A stretch of 63,992 bases of DNA, counting the filler, from Circinaria calcarea (lineage: Eukaryota): the NCBI GenBank assembly GCA_051942165.1. It is 3 parts of 3 records of this genome, joined end to end, with 100 filler letters (N's around TTAATTAATTAA, not from the genome) between each part and the next. Parts side by side here need not be neighbours in the genome. Positions count along the whole stretch, not along the records: positions 23,108 to 46,102 come from JAVECS010000125.1; 2 more parts are not named here. The stretch is one strand, 5' to 3'. This document shows, one piece after another, positions 23,108 to 35,696 of this stretch. The notes beneath the pieces are model-generated. The model was not told where the DNA came from and ran no database searches. It saw only the letters and a program-made list of their open reading frames with translations. Numbering within the stretch: position 1 is the stretch's first letter; every line of letters begins with the position of its first letter. Position numbers and translations under genes: made by a program.

Positions 23108-26100
23108 ACAATAACTTCGTGATCTGGCTGGCCTTGTGCTCGGCGAGCTTCCAGCAGAGTCATGGCCCTGTTGGCCTCCCAATGCATCAGCCTCCCTGAA
23201 TGGCGGTCTTCTGGTGTACAGCTTGCAGCAACAGTAGGCATTAGTGCATTCGCAGCCGTCCTTTGCCAAGTTTTCGAGTTTTGAGCTGATCGCTTTTTGT
23301 TATCGAAGTACGAAAGATATGTATCAATTAACGGTTCCGACATGAAACCTGCAGTACGGGCATATAAGAGGCCTTTATGACGCGGATATTGAGGAACGCA
23401 CAAGAGCCGTAACCTGCTCTCCGTGTTTTGATGGGTGGTAACCCTATAGTCTGGAAATCGTATAGAAGTCACCCGCGCATCATGGTTGTAGGGTAGATCA
23501 GCGGTAGCTTCCCGCATTGTAACATACGACATTGGTGTGATGGCTTCCAAGTCTCTTTTTCCGAATGGAATTCCGTTTGCCGCTGTTCCCAGACAACGAT
23601 TCCTGATGTTGGTAGGGTGGGAATGTGAAGCCGCAGGACGTCCAAGTGGTACGAGTCCTGGTGCAGTAACTGAAATAAACAGACGAGAGCGGCTCTGTGG
23701 ACTTCCAAACGTCCACGCATCTAGGCTGAAAGAATAGACTTGGTAACCCATGCCCACCAGACTACACAGCATCTGAGAGAACGCGTTCTTGTCTTTCTTC
23801 CTATGTGCCATTCCTAGCACATTTTCGAGAAGGGCATATTTTGGCCGGTAGAAATCTATGAACGCGGCAACAGCTGCAATCATGGATTGATTTCTTTGTC
23901 CCTTGGCGTCTGATTTCTTCATGTTGAGGTTGGAGAAGCCTTGGCATGGGCTTCCAGCTATAATCATGTCCACCTCCCCTGGTCGAGCTATCAGGCGACT
24001 GAAGTCCCCCTGCATGGCCTTCGCTAGATAGTCGTTGACCGATCCGAGAAAAAGACCTATGTCTTCGGGATTGACTAGATTCGCTCGGTAGGTATGCAAC
24101 GCTATAGTGTCATAATCTATCGCCCACTTCACCTCCGCTGCGCCGCCTTCTTCAATCCCGCGACCAAAGTTCCCTCCACCGCAGAATAGATCCAATACCT
24201 TCAGTTTCGGGACAAGTGGGGTTTCCCGTGGATCAAACCCCTGCCGCAGAGAAGGAGTCGGCTCGAGGGGGATATTTGGTTCTCTTTCATCGAGAATTAT
24301 ATAGTACGCATCTCCAGTCCCTTGACGACAATATGGAGCCGGGATCTTGCCCTCCTTTAATTGTGTTCTAGAAAAGAATCGGATGTGGCAGCGGCGATCG
24401 ATATCCCTAATCGAAACGGTCTCCAGTTGATGAGTGAATACCAGTTCATTAGGCTCAGCATCCCCATCTTTGAAGTCTCTGCCCTTCCTCAGCAGCCGAC
24501 GAACTAGTATAGAATCCTTGCCTCCCTCTGTTGACACTTCCACGATCTCGACTGGCTCTAGAATAGGTTGTCCGAAGGCCGAGCGCTTCAAAACAAGCAC
24601 CGTATCGCCCAATTGATAGCCGTGATGAGGGGTCGATTTCTGGCAATTACATTTGAAATCTTCTTTCCGGAGGTCTAGAAACGCCTCTTCCGTGTATCTT
24701 TGACGAACGAAGAAATCAGTGGCAGAGGATGGATTCCCAAAAAAGGTTACTGATGCTTTCCCGGCCACTTCATCGACGGGGATAGCGTGCCGATCGCACT
24801 CGCAATGATCAGACAAAAATAACTCGTTCTCAAAAGGATAGCGCATGTCGGAACATGTCGTATCGGATGGTCGGTAGAGCCATATAATTCGCAGTCCGCG
24901 TCCCCGTCTGCCCTTCTCAATGCCTTGGACATATGCATACCAATATTCGTCATGACCTTTCCAATTGCTAACTTCGTCCCGCGCAATCTTAACCACGTCA
25001 CCGACTCGTACTGGTAATTGATCCATCACGTGGGGCTCTCCACGTGCCGCAGCCAGCTCTTGATTCTTAGGAAATTCGTGCGCCTGCTCAGCCACCCTCG
25101 CTTTCCACGATGGAGCACTGAATGCCAGATGCGATGGAGTTCTTGACCGTAACCAGTAGGCCCATGAAAGATGCTTAAAGCAGTCATATACATAAGGGGT
25201 TACCATGGTTTTCTCGCTTTCAGACCTTTCTTGCATTGGAATAGCCTGTAGGTACCTAGGATGTATCTCATTCCAGAAGGGATGAGATTCATATGCGTCT
25301 TCTAAATGTAAGGCTTGCTTGAGGAGAAACTGAGGGTGCGCTGCGAGAACTCGGCGAAAATCCACGTCCTCGTACGCTTTGAACCAATCTCGAAATAACG
25401 TGTCACCCGTATGGAGATTTTCGAGCCAACGATAAAAACCCAGGGTAAACATACGCAGGGACACAACGTCGTTGTCCTTTAGGTAATCCACGAAGTACTC
25501 GGAGAACTCGGCCAGCCACAGAAATGGTTCATGAAAACGCCGGTATTCAGGTGCTGGCTTACCCAGACGATATCGTACTTCAGCTTGAGAGCTCTTTCTG
25601 CCCTGTGGGGACTGAATCCATATGTCACGCTCAACGGTGCGAGATTCGGTATTTTGACAACTGCCAATCGACAGGTAGTCGAAAGGAATCTTTTGTACGT
25701 ACCAACAGCTCGTACCAGCTGTAATCATACCATCGAAATAATAGAAGTTATTGTTTGGTTTGACGCAGAAGTCATGTAGAGCCGCCATTTCGCCTGCGAG
25801 TGTGGTGACGCCTTGTTCCCTGGACAGCCGATAGATGACGAAGTCTTCTAGGTTCAAGGACTTGAAAGATTCTCCTTCGGATCTCACATTTCTTCGCACC
25901 CCAGGCATCTTCTGAGCAATTGTTAGTACGAGATGGCACGATGGATTAGACGTAGCTTACCAACAGCTCTTTTAAAGCCGATCTTTCCGAGGACCGAGGG
26001 ATGGGCGGTTCAAATCCGTAGTACGAAGACTTCGGGAAGACAAGCTCAGATACGCGGATATGTTTTAGCTGGACGCGATTCTTCCTTTTCACGGATTCGT

Positions 26101-26314
26101 CCGCAACCTTGAGGCTGTTGCTCAGCCCGGCTGCTTCAGCCTGTGTATCCTCCTCAATGCCTTGATCGACATGGTGATGTTTCCTCTTTGTACCCCGCTT
26201 CACTGGCAATCTTCGTCGTCTGTCCGGCAGCCTAGGCACACGGATATGAACTGTGTCTGACGCGGACGTGTCTGCTATAGCGGGATTTTTTAGGTCGACC
26301 CAAGTAGGATCCAT
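23108..26314 (-). CDS. dim-2: DIM-2-type C5 cytosine DNA methyltransferase (BAH domains + catalytic domain); C-terminus lost in gap; intron 25960-25912
   Basis: BAH motifs (IIWLYRPSDT..ENELFLSDHC; EPNELVFT), motif I DLFCGGGNFGRG, motif IV AGSPCQGFS, VI LLENV, VIII PQSRSR, IX TLLEARRAQG. Start codon uncertain. Confidence 0.92.
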
Positions 26315-27404
26315 TGCGACGGCTCTGCCTCGATCGACCACGATTTGAAGGAATGTCTGAAATTTGACGCGTTTATACCGTATTCGAGCAGCTTGGAAGG
26401 AAACAACTAATCAAATCTGTCATCCGAGGCTCGCGTCCAGTACCAGTTAGCAGCCTACAACTTGCTTGGGTTAGACAGTACTGACTTACGAGTGGTGATT
26501 TGTGAACGATGCTAGTCGTCTGTGAGTTATGTGTGAAACAGATTAATCTCGTGACAATAAAGAAGCCTAGTCTTCTAAACAAATACTTTGTAGGATTGAG
26601 TCGACAGATAATTCAATGTAGGGAATGAAATCTGTGAGCTTTGAGCAAGATCACACATGGACCGGGTCGTAAGAGACAGTGAGTTGTTGAAGCGAACGTG
26701 ATGAGTTTGGCGTGCTTGAAAACCGAAATCGCAAAGGAATGTTGGTAGAACGCATGTCCCACCGAAGGTGGCGTATTCTATCCCCGGATTAGGACAAGAA
26801 AATGCGAGGTTGCCCAAACTCCAGAACGTGAAAACGAGGCAAGCAGTACTAGGAGTCCATGCAGGTGCATTGCAGTGAAGACCCGCATTGATGATTGAAG
26901 TAATTTGTAAAGAAGTTGAATGAGAGAAAGCAGTCTCAAGTTTCTCCCTCTCTCCGTGCTGACATACGAAGTAAGGGAAGAGAGAAAAACACGCCTGCAG
27001 AAATAGAGCCATGAGTGCTTGTAATCCATGCTGCTCCAGCCGGGGTGAGGTGATAATGCCATTTTCTAGGACCCTGGGACTGCTGCTTTATTTAGTGACA
27101 TGTCCTGCTCGAATCGGGTCTACTTGAGTTGAAAGTAAGGTTCGAAGTCTTGGGGATAACCGAGGAACGATGAATAATGAATGATGACAACTGCCGCGAG
27201 CGGCTAAGTGCTGTAGGCGCACACTGACGAGGCGGGATTATTACATTCTATCAGAGTGGTAACTCATGTCTCGATGAGCTATAAGTTTTGAAATTGTACA
27301 TTTTCATTGGCAATCTCGATGTAGTCCTAACAATGTATGGGTATCTAAAGAGAGGAAACGCCTCGCTCGCTCAAGCGCTCAATTGACAAACAAGAAGCAG
27401 TCTC

Positions 27405-29609
27405 TCAATGACCATCACCCTCGTGGACATCATGCATATCGTACAACGAGTGGTTGAGGATATCTGACTCGGGTTCCACAAATTGTACTAGGCGCCAGAT
27501 GATTTGCACAGCCAGCATGGATGTCTTCCCAAATGGGTCTACCTGTAGGCCCCTTACGAATGGGATCTGCTTCAATTTGAATTTCGAACTACCCTCGTGG
27601 CGTGTCTTGCCATTACCGCCCCAGGCTATCACCGATAGTTTGGATCGATTCCCTAGGCCGAAGCCTTGCGCGGATGCATATGCATCGCTGGCTTGGAAGA
27701 TGATTTGCGTTATGCCCTGCAGCTGGCGCTCGTAATGCTCAATCATGCAGGACGTTCTACTGTAAGGTTGTCTAAAAGAGTCTCGTGTTGAAGGCCACCG
27801 CCGTATATTTAAGGTTGTCAAATCTGGTAGCTTTTTCGCATGCGTCTAGAGATCCAGGTCAGTTGCTAAAACGTCGCATGAATTGGCTTCAGATACGAGT
27901 GTGTTTGTATTGAAAAATCATGATCGGGATGCAAATTTGGACTTGATACTCAACGAGCGTAATAGAAAATTGAAGGTGCACAGGTCATTGCCCCGTAAAA
28001 TTAACGAAACCAGAATTTTAAAAAAAGAACAATATATCTGCAGAAACAGGATGAGACCTTGATAGACTGACACATTCGGCTAACGCAACCAGAGATACGG
28101 AAGGCATTGACTAAAAGGGGCAGATGGATGAGGTGGACACACCCGCGACAAATATATCACCAAGAGTCCCCTGTGTAGAAGAAATGGACTAACCAAATAA
28201 TTCATGAATTCAGGAGAGGGGATCGGAAGATCAACCTTGGTATCTGGAAACATGAGAGACACTTCCTGTCTGTGAGTATGCGAAAAATACTGTTTAGGCG
28301 ACTCTGCTTACACTGCCGGATCTTGGTACACTGATCACAAATCCTGCTGAAGTCTTCCTCCGAGTACTCATAGATGGTATTATTGTTTTGCTGACTGTGG
28401 ACACTGAGCGAAACCAGTGTATTCCGATGGTGTGTTATTGCTGCAACTTTCGGTAGAGCACGCATTTTATTAACAACAACATCCAGGGTCTCCAGGCCTG
28501 CAAGAGCTTCAAGAAACCCTTCAAAAGCCTCAAGAGCATGTGGTTCCATAGTATAATCGTCCATCCATCGAAGGCTTTTTAGCCCTGAAGGTCGTAGATG
28601 TGGCTTACTCAGCTGTGCCCAGACGACATCCGCCCCTGCGCAGTTACGGATTTCGAGTCTCTCCAGTGAGCTGAATTTGATGAGCCTTAGCCATGTATCC
28701 GCAGCATAGCGTAACTCGATGGTGTCCATGTCCAAGTTCTTCAAAATCAAGGGTTCGCATCTGTCAAAGGGCGTCATATGGCTAAAGAGAGTTCTAGATA
28801 GGAGCCCAGGACGTGTACTGGAGTCATGAAGATCTTCGGGGTGTTCGTTGGAATAATCAAAAGAATTTGAGACACATAGATACTCAACACGAGGTTTGTC
28901 TTGTAAAATCCTCTGGCAGACTTTGAGGCGGTCAAGCGTATCGGGATACATGTCGATACTATGTAACTGGGATAGTTCATTGAAGAGCTGCGGATGTTTT
29001 GCTAGTACCGGGGAGAGATCTCGATCCATGGGGCCTATATCGATGACGCGGAGATTCTTCTGTTTCTTGCACAACAGCAGAAAGTTGTCAACGGAGTACG
29101 GTTCCCACGCTTGCCAACTAAAGATCTCAAGAATATCCGGAGGAAGGCGCTCTAGTATTAGTCCCACGGTAAATTGTGCTCGTTGACCAGGAATAGTCGT
29201 ATCTTGCTCGACTTCCTCCTCGTCTGAAGAATCATCTGAATGATAGTGTCTCCGCTTGTCCGGGAGCGTAATCTTTTCCAATCTTAGGAACATCTCTCGA
29301 ATATGTGGTATTCCTGGGTTATCTCTCCCAAGAAACGGGATCAATCTCAAGTCCTGCTGACCCCCGACGAATAGGTGGATGCTGCGGTATAGTATAGGCG
29401 TAGCAAGTTCCCGAAACTCTTTGCATGTCAAGCATAGTGTCTTAAGGTCCGTGGGTCGATCAATCTATTCTTTGGGCATTAGTTCTGTAGTATACATTGT
29501 CGTGGCACGACGGCAGGCTCACATAATGCATAATGGACTTTTTGATGTCCAAAGGCAGTCCCTGGAAACGCAAATGTTCCATCTTGACAGTAACCTCATC
29601 CAACGGCAT
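27405..29609 (-). CDS. F-box domain / LRR-like protein, 4 exons
   Basis: MPLDEVTVKMEHLRFQGLPLDIKKSIMHY|intron|IDRPTDLKTLCLTCKEFRELATPILYRSI is an F-box pattern, followed by LxxLxI repeats. Later introns ~28311-28262 and 28193-27846. Confidence 0.8.
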
Positions 29610-29965
29610 TCTTCGAGGGTAGTAAGGGCTATTCAGCTCTAGAGAGCCCCAAGGCTGTACTTTTTTATGGTTTTCTTGTGTATCTAATCTTGACGCTCGA
29701 GATACGAAGGAGTCTAAGAATTCCGAATCATATTTTGCAGAAGATGGAAATATATCTTGCGCGGGATAGAGCCCATTTGAACGAGATAGCTGATGGTAGT
29801 GGTATGACTGGTTTCTGCCTGGAGCTGGGAAGATGCGCCGGGGAATTATTACTGCGATCTCCCCGACTCACAGGGCTGAAAATCTCCCCACGGATACCCC
29901 CTGTCTCAATCAGCCACGACAAAATACTGTGCATGAGAGAACCTTCAAAAGACTAACCCAGCACT

Positions 29966-30484
29966 ATGCTTAAACCAAGTCCTCCTCCATCTACAGCCCC
30001 CCGCGTCTCCCTCCTCCGCACCCACGCCCATGCATTCTGTCAAGCATTCCTCACCTCCACTCCGCCCCGGAAAATCCTCGACGATTTCTTCACCTCCTCC
30101 CCACCCCCCCAAATCACCGAGCACGGACCCGACTGGGCAGTCTCCCGACTTCCGTTCCTCGGAGTCGCATTCCGCGGCCGTGACGCGGATGGCAAAACCC
30201 CGCCGGATACCACTTGTGATAAATACTTCGAACGGTTGGGGAACACGCTGTCGTTTCACCCGGACGAGGATAGTTTCCCGCCGCCAGAAGAGTTTATTGT
30301 CGATGCGACGACGGACGCTGTGAGTGTGGTAGCGAAGGCGAAGTTTAAGAGTGTGAAGACCGGGAAGAGCTGGGATGAAACGTTTATATATCGACTGAGT
30401 AAATTTGATGCGGAGGGTAGGATTGGCCATTGGGAGATCTGGGCAGATCCATTGAGTGCATGGGAAGCGGTTGGGGGTGTCTGA
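29966..30484 (+). CDS. NTF2/SnoaL-like fold small protein
   Basis: 172-aa ORF with ITEHGP..LPFLG..F.G, KAKFKSVKTGKSWDETFIYRLS.FD.EGRIGHWEIWAD pattern typical of fungal SnoaL-like proteins. Confidence 0.7.
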   Translation: MLKPSPPPSTAPRVSLLRTHAHAFCQAFLTSTPPRKILDDFFTSSPPPQITEHGPDWAVSRLPFLGVAFRGRDADGKTPPDTTCDKYFERLGNTLSFHPDEDSFPPPEEFIVDATTDAVSVVAKAKFKSVKTGKSWDETFIYRLSKFDAEGRIGHWEIWADPLSAWEAVGGV

Positions 30485-30908
30485 GTAGGGGCTCAACTTC
30501 TGGAGAACTTGATGGGTTTTTACCTCCCGTTGGTCCATTGAATTCTCCCGCATAGACTAAAAATACTTGAAGCGATCGCCTCTCGGTACCAAAGGTCCTC
30601 GCTAGAAGACAGCACAGACTGAAAGGGAAGAGAATAACGCAACTAGCTGGAGCATCTAGTGAGTCACTTACTATTCGATGGCCTGTTCCCCAGAGATGTT
30701 TGTGATAACAGTGCAGTCCTCTCTGCTCCTATCGGGTATCTGCGCTATCAGAATACATGAACATCTTCATGAGCGGTCACCCTCCTGCTTCGTAGCCCAC
30801 CCAAATCTCTAACGCCTCGCTCGAGCATTTCGTACAGATCACACTTCCATGAATCACGCTGGAACGATCTAGAACTCGAGAGCAACACTTGAAGATACCC
30901 GTCCTTAA

Positions 30909-33900
30909 TCATTTCTTCCCTTTCTTCACGCCTACACCGCTAGTAAGCCTACTAAAGTTACCCAAACTCGATTTCGCTTTGTGCCCTAGGGGCGGTGCCC
31001 TCGAGATGGGCTCGGCACTGGATGGGCGAAGCGACTGTTTGGGCGCATCTGGCGGCGCCTTCTCCTTGCTGGTTTCCACGTGGCCGTTTGGTGCAGACGG
31101 TCCATCGTCAGCTGAATTGTGTTGTCTGTTGGCCCGTCTAGCTCTCTCTTGCACGCTCTTGAACTTCTCAAGCAGTTCCACCCATTTGATTGCTCCTTCC
31201 TCTCGCACTTTCAGACGATTAGGCCTATCAAATGCTGTGGTAGGAGTGGGAGGGGGACTGCCAAAAAGAAAGTTAGGAATCGGTAGACCAGTGACATGTG
31301 ACAGGTATAGAAATGCAGACATACGCTCGCGGTGCGATGTGCAGATAGCCGATGGCACTGACACTGTTCAGACGATTTTTCAAAGCCGCAAATGCTGAAG
31401 ACTGAGGCAAAAGCATAAGAACTCCGTAAAGACATTTATACAGGTGAGGGTATTTCTCAGGCTCGAGGAGCTGTAGCCGAAGGTCTAGGGCTGTGTTAGT
31501 CGATTCAAGTGCCAGCCGATCTAGCTACGTACATGTAAAGACAGGTGACTCCAGCAGCTGGACCAACTTGTCAATTTGAATCAGCATATTCACGGTCATC
31601 TCCAACTCAGCACTAGAAACATCAGCCATGGAGTAACTTCTGAGATTAGACAACATACAATATTTGCAGCAAACTATAAGCTTGTTCATAAGCCTGTGCC
31701 AGTAGGCATAGTGAGAAAGTTGCAACGGCATTATAGCACCATGACCTGAACAGAGCAACGAAGAAGGTTTGGCCGTCCTGAAGACGTCAGACTATGCATA
31801 GGAACAGAGAGCACTCGAGCAAGCATACCCGTGTCTCTAGATTTCTCAGGCGCTTCCGTACTTCTGCAAGCTCTGGAGCAGTGATTAAGTTGTTGTTCAG
31901 GTTCTGGACCATAATACTAGCAAATTCAAGATCCTACATGTAGCATGAGAGTTGATCCAAATAAGTTCAATGTCATCACCCACCTCATCCTTCTCCAGAC
32001 AGTCTGCCAGAGTCCGATAAATCCTCTCTGGGCTCAAGCTCACACACAATTGGCGGATGATTAGATTCCCTCTTGTCTCTAGGAGCCGTCGATCAGTACA
32101 GAAAAGCTGAAGGAGATTGACCATAAACGACGTGAAATAGCCGTCTTCACTATTCTTAGATATTTGAGATAGAAGTTGCAGATCTCGGGTGACCACTGCT
32201 TCTGAAGGATCCGACAAGGTCTTCAACAAAGCGGGAAAGGTTCCATCGTTGGTTGCCAGTACCTTACCGGGTGCCTTCGTATGCAACATAATAAGCCATT
32301 GTAGTGCAGCTGCTCGTGTTGCCTCGGCTTCGTTGAGAAAATGCAAAGTGAGCGTGGCCACAGCCGCAGAGTAGTCCAGTTCTGAACTGGGCTTCGGTGG
32401 GATAGGTGACGTGGAAGATGGGGGAGTTGGCAAAGTAGACTCGTCGTCCTTTTTCTGATCGACGTCTTGCTCAGCAGCCGGTGCCAGCCGTCCTATTGAC
32501 GGGGAGGGTAATCTGCTTCTGCTTTCGGTGTCTTTTAGAGCAGTCGTAGGTACCCTAGATGGCGGCGCTAGCCGAGGACCATCAGGAGGACTGGGTTCGT
32601 CCGGTAAGGAACCAATATACTCCGTAAGAGAGTTGTTCACACGGTTTGCAGCCTGACGCACTTGGTCGGATCCACTTGCCATGGCAGGCAGTACTTGTGA
32701 CAGGAGCCTAGGAACGAACGCTAATATGTCTTCGGGGCAAATTTCGAAGAAGCTGTTGATCCATCGCAAAGCCGTCAGTTGAATATCTTCCTCTACAAAT
32801 TCCGTAAGCCTGACGTTGAACTATTAACAAGAGCACTTGGCGTTCTCCATACCAGAAGAAGGTTCTAGGAAGGTTACCAAGATCTCAAGGATTTTTGGGT
32901 GATCGACCTGAACGTCCTGTCCAGGAACCCAATCCCCATCTGCGGTACCTTGGCCATCATCCGTTGCCTCACCATCGCCATCAGTGTTCTGTGATTTCTC
33001 ATTCAGAGTACTTCGATCTGTTCTAATGCTTGCGCTATCACTTGAATTCGAGGTTTTCGGCTTGCCCTCACTGGGACTCTTACGGCTATCGGTGATGCCG
33101 CGCTTTACTTTTGCGATTTTCTTAATTTCGGTGAGGAATCTCTCAAGAGCTCCTTGGGTGGCCACATGAACGTCTCTATTTGGGTCACTGAGAAACTTGA
33201 AGAGCCCACCAAGGAAAGCCGGTAGATAGAAGACAAGTTCCAGGTCTGGAATGGTGTCTAGTAAAGTGACCCATGAAACCAGAAAAGTTCGCGTAAAAGG
33301 ATTTATGACATGGATGCGTTCTTTGAGCAGGGGAATGAACTTTGCCAGTGAGAAAGCTGTAGGAAGATCGATTGAAGGTTCAGCAGACTCCGGGCCAAGC
33401 TCTGGGTCTGTGACTGCGGACTCATCAGGTGTCTGAAGCACTGATACATATGTTGCTGCCGATTCTGACACAATGTCCTTGACAAGGCGGTCTAACAGTT
33501 CTGCACCGTTCTTGACCGAGAGCTCGGAGTCGGCCGCGAGCTTTTTCAGACTAATTAGCTTGATTTGGGTTGAAGACTGGGTCTGCAGACCTTGCATAAC
33601 GCGTCGAAGACTTCGTTGAAAAACAACAAGATTTCCCCCTTGGCAACCTTGGCAATGTTGTACATACTCTCGCAGGCGTAATATCGAACCCTGGCATCTT
33701 GGTCGGTGAAGCATGCAAGAACCGGTGGGACGATCTCTTTCAAGTATCGGGCGACCTCTTCCTACCAGATTGATCAGCATGACACCCAGATAACTAGCCA
33801 GTTTGTCAGTATACGGATCCTAGAGCGATCGAGGCCGCTGCCAGGCCTATCAGACCGCCATTCCTGGCATGTGGCTGGTGCACGGCATATGCATAATCGT

Positions 33901-34098
33901 GACAGAGCTGGCCCACGATCTTTGCTATCTTTTCATAGTCTCTAGTAGCAAGGGCTTCTCGGATGATCCTTTCCAGGCTTTTTATAAAATCAGCATGGAG
34001 CCATCGAAATGACACACGAGGCAGGCTCACTCGAGAGCGCCCTGCTTCCTCTTGTCATAGAGCTTATCATTAAGCAATCGCTGCACAGAAGGTTCCAT
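30909..34098 (-). CDS. VAC14: Vacuole morphology protein Vac14 (PI(3,5)P2 regulatory scaffold, HEAT repeats), multi-exon
   Basis: Start [86 protein letters not shown]. Confidence 0.95.
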
Positions 34099-34857
34099 GG
34101 CGGTAGATTGTCGTCTACTAACACATCACATGATCATACGAGAGTTGGAGATCGTGAGTTTCACCTTGTTGTCATTGATGAAGGGACCGCAAGGCGTCAG
34201 CGAGGCTGTGCAGGCCAGCGATCAGAATTTCGTGCTGCTTCTCTTGTATCCGATCAAAACTGTACGGCGCGTCGATACGACGTGTAAATTAGTCAGGTAT
34301 CAAGATACTTTTCATGTTCCGCTAGATGATCGGAAAGCAAATCTCAGTTCTGAGGCGCGTATTTACGTTGCTCGTGGAGATCGATCGTCTTTGGTGGGGG
34401 TTCCATGTAGATCTTACTTGCGTCTGCATACGATATTATAAGCGCTTAAAAAGCTTCACGGGTCATCATTGAGTATCATGTTGCATGGCAATGCTTTTCG
34501 TATTGAACGATGGGAATTTTGTTTGATGCATCAAGGTGGTCACAAAATAGCTTGTATTTCGGGTTAAGCTTCTTTGCCCAGGTAAAATCCCATGACTTTA
34601 CCAAGGCGAGCTGCACCTAGATACATGGATGTCCACAGCCGAGTTTGTCGAATTTGTCGAATTTAGGAAGACAGTACCGCCAACTATGATAGAAAACCCC
34701 ACGTTCGTACCGGTACACCATATTGTTGACCATGATCTCCATGGTGCCGACACCAAAAACTGTATGGACATCCCGCTATGCTTCGTTTCCCTTTATGCAT
34801 ATAAGACGTTTGGCGCCATCCTCCGTACCATAATACTTCCCTAAATCGGTATACATC

Positions 34858-35150
34858 CTACGGCTCTTGTGCCGCCACCCGTCCCTTGTCACCGTTGAAA
34901 TCCGATATCCTGACTTTGCTCAGACCCTTGTGTCTTTGTTTCGAAACCCCTCCGCTAAAGCTAGGTGTGTTGTAGATATATTCACCGTCGATGTACTGTG
35001 CTTCACGTATGGAAGCCGTCCTGTTCCTGCGACGAGTAAAGCGCTGCTCGAGTCTGTACAGTTCAAGCTCTTTGAGGCCGAATTAGCACAAGAGACGATG
35101 GACTCTCATGGAAAGACCATACTATCTTGGAGCTTATTGAGAAGGCCCAT
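34858..35150 (-). CDS. Small (79 aa) spliced fungal protein; exons 35150-35123 and 35069-34858
   Basis: GCAATGG start and a GTATGG...GCTAAT...AAG 53-nt intron. Product MGLLNKLQDKLELYRLEQRFTRRRNRTASIREAQYIDGEYIYNTPSFSGGVSKQRHKGLSKVRISDFNGDKGRVAAQEP*. Not in the ORF track. Confidence 0.72.
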
Positions 35151-35696
35151 TGCTGCCGAACTTGCGAGAGCTCAGTCCGAGGGATAAAACCTCGAGTAGT
35201 ATGAGGAGACACGCTTTCAAGTAACCGTAGGAGATAATTCCTCGTCGGAAGTGAATGTTGCGGTATTTCGTCGATACAGACAAAGGATTGAAAGCTGCAA
35301 TCCGGACAGACAAGATAGGTATCAAACCTACAGAAGGAAATTCACAGAGAGAAAGGGCGCAAGAATATAGTGGAGACGGAGAAGGAAAGAGTCTTCATCA
35401 ACGAAATTGAGTTAAGACGCCCATGGATGGCGTAACTCAAATATGGTACCGCTAGATTGACCGTTACTCGCAACCCCATGTTCCGGATAATCTCCGCGTA
35501 TTTAGGGATTTGGTGGGGGCTAGCGGCCTGGGCTTGGCGCTAACCACGGGGTAACCCTTGGAAACGACGACCAACACGGGTTGGACTTCGAAAAAAGCCT
35601 CGCTCAGCAGATTTAGAGTTGCGCAGCCTCTAATCCTCTAGAAGCGCATCAGTCTAATCTAGAAAAGCCTTCCCCTTCATCACACGTTCAGTGTTC

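Noticed and set aside
26373..27062. ORFs upstream of dim-2 as separate genes
   Set aside because: Overlapping short frames without recognisable motifs; more likely 5' leader or promoter.
27846..28000. Box C/D snoRNA in the long F-box intron
   Set aside because: CTGA boxes are present but there is no convincing RTGATGA C box or guide.
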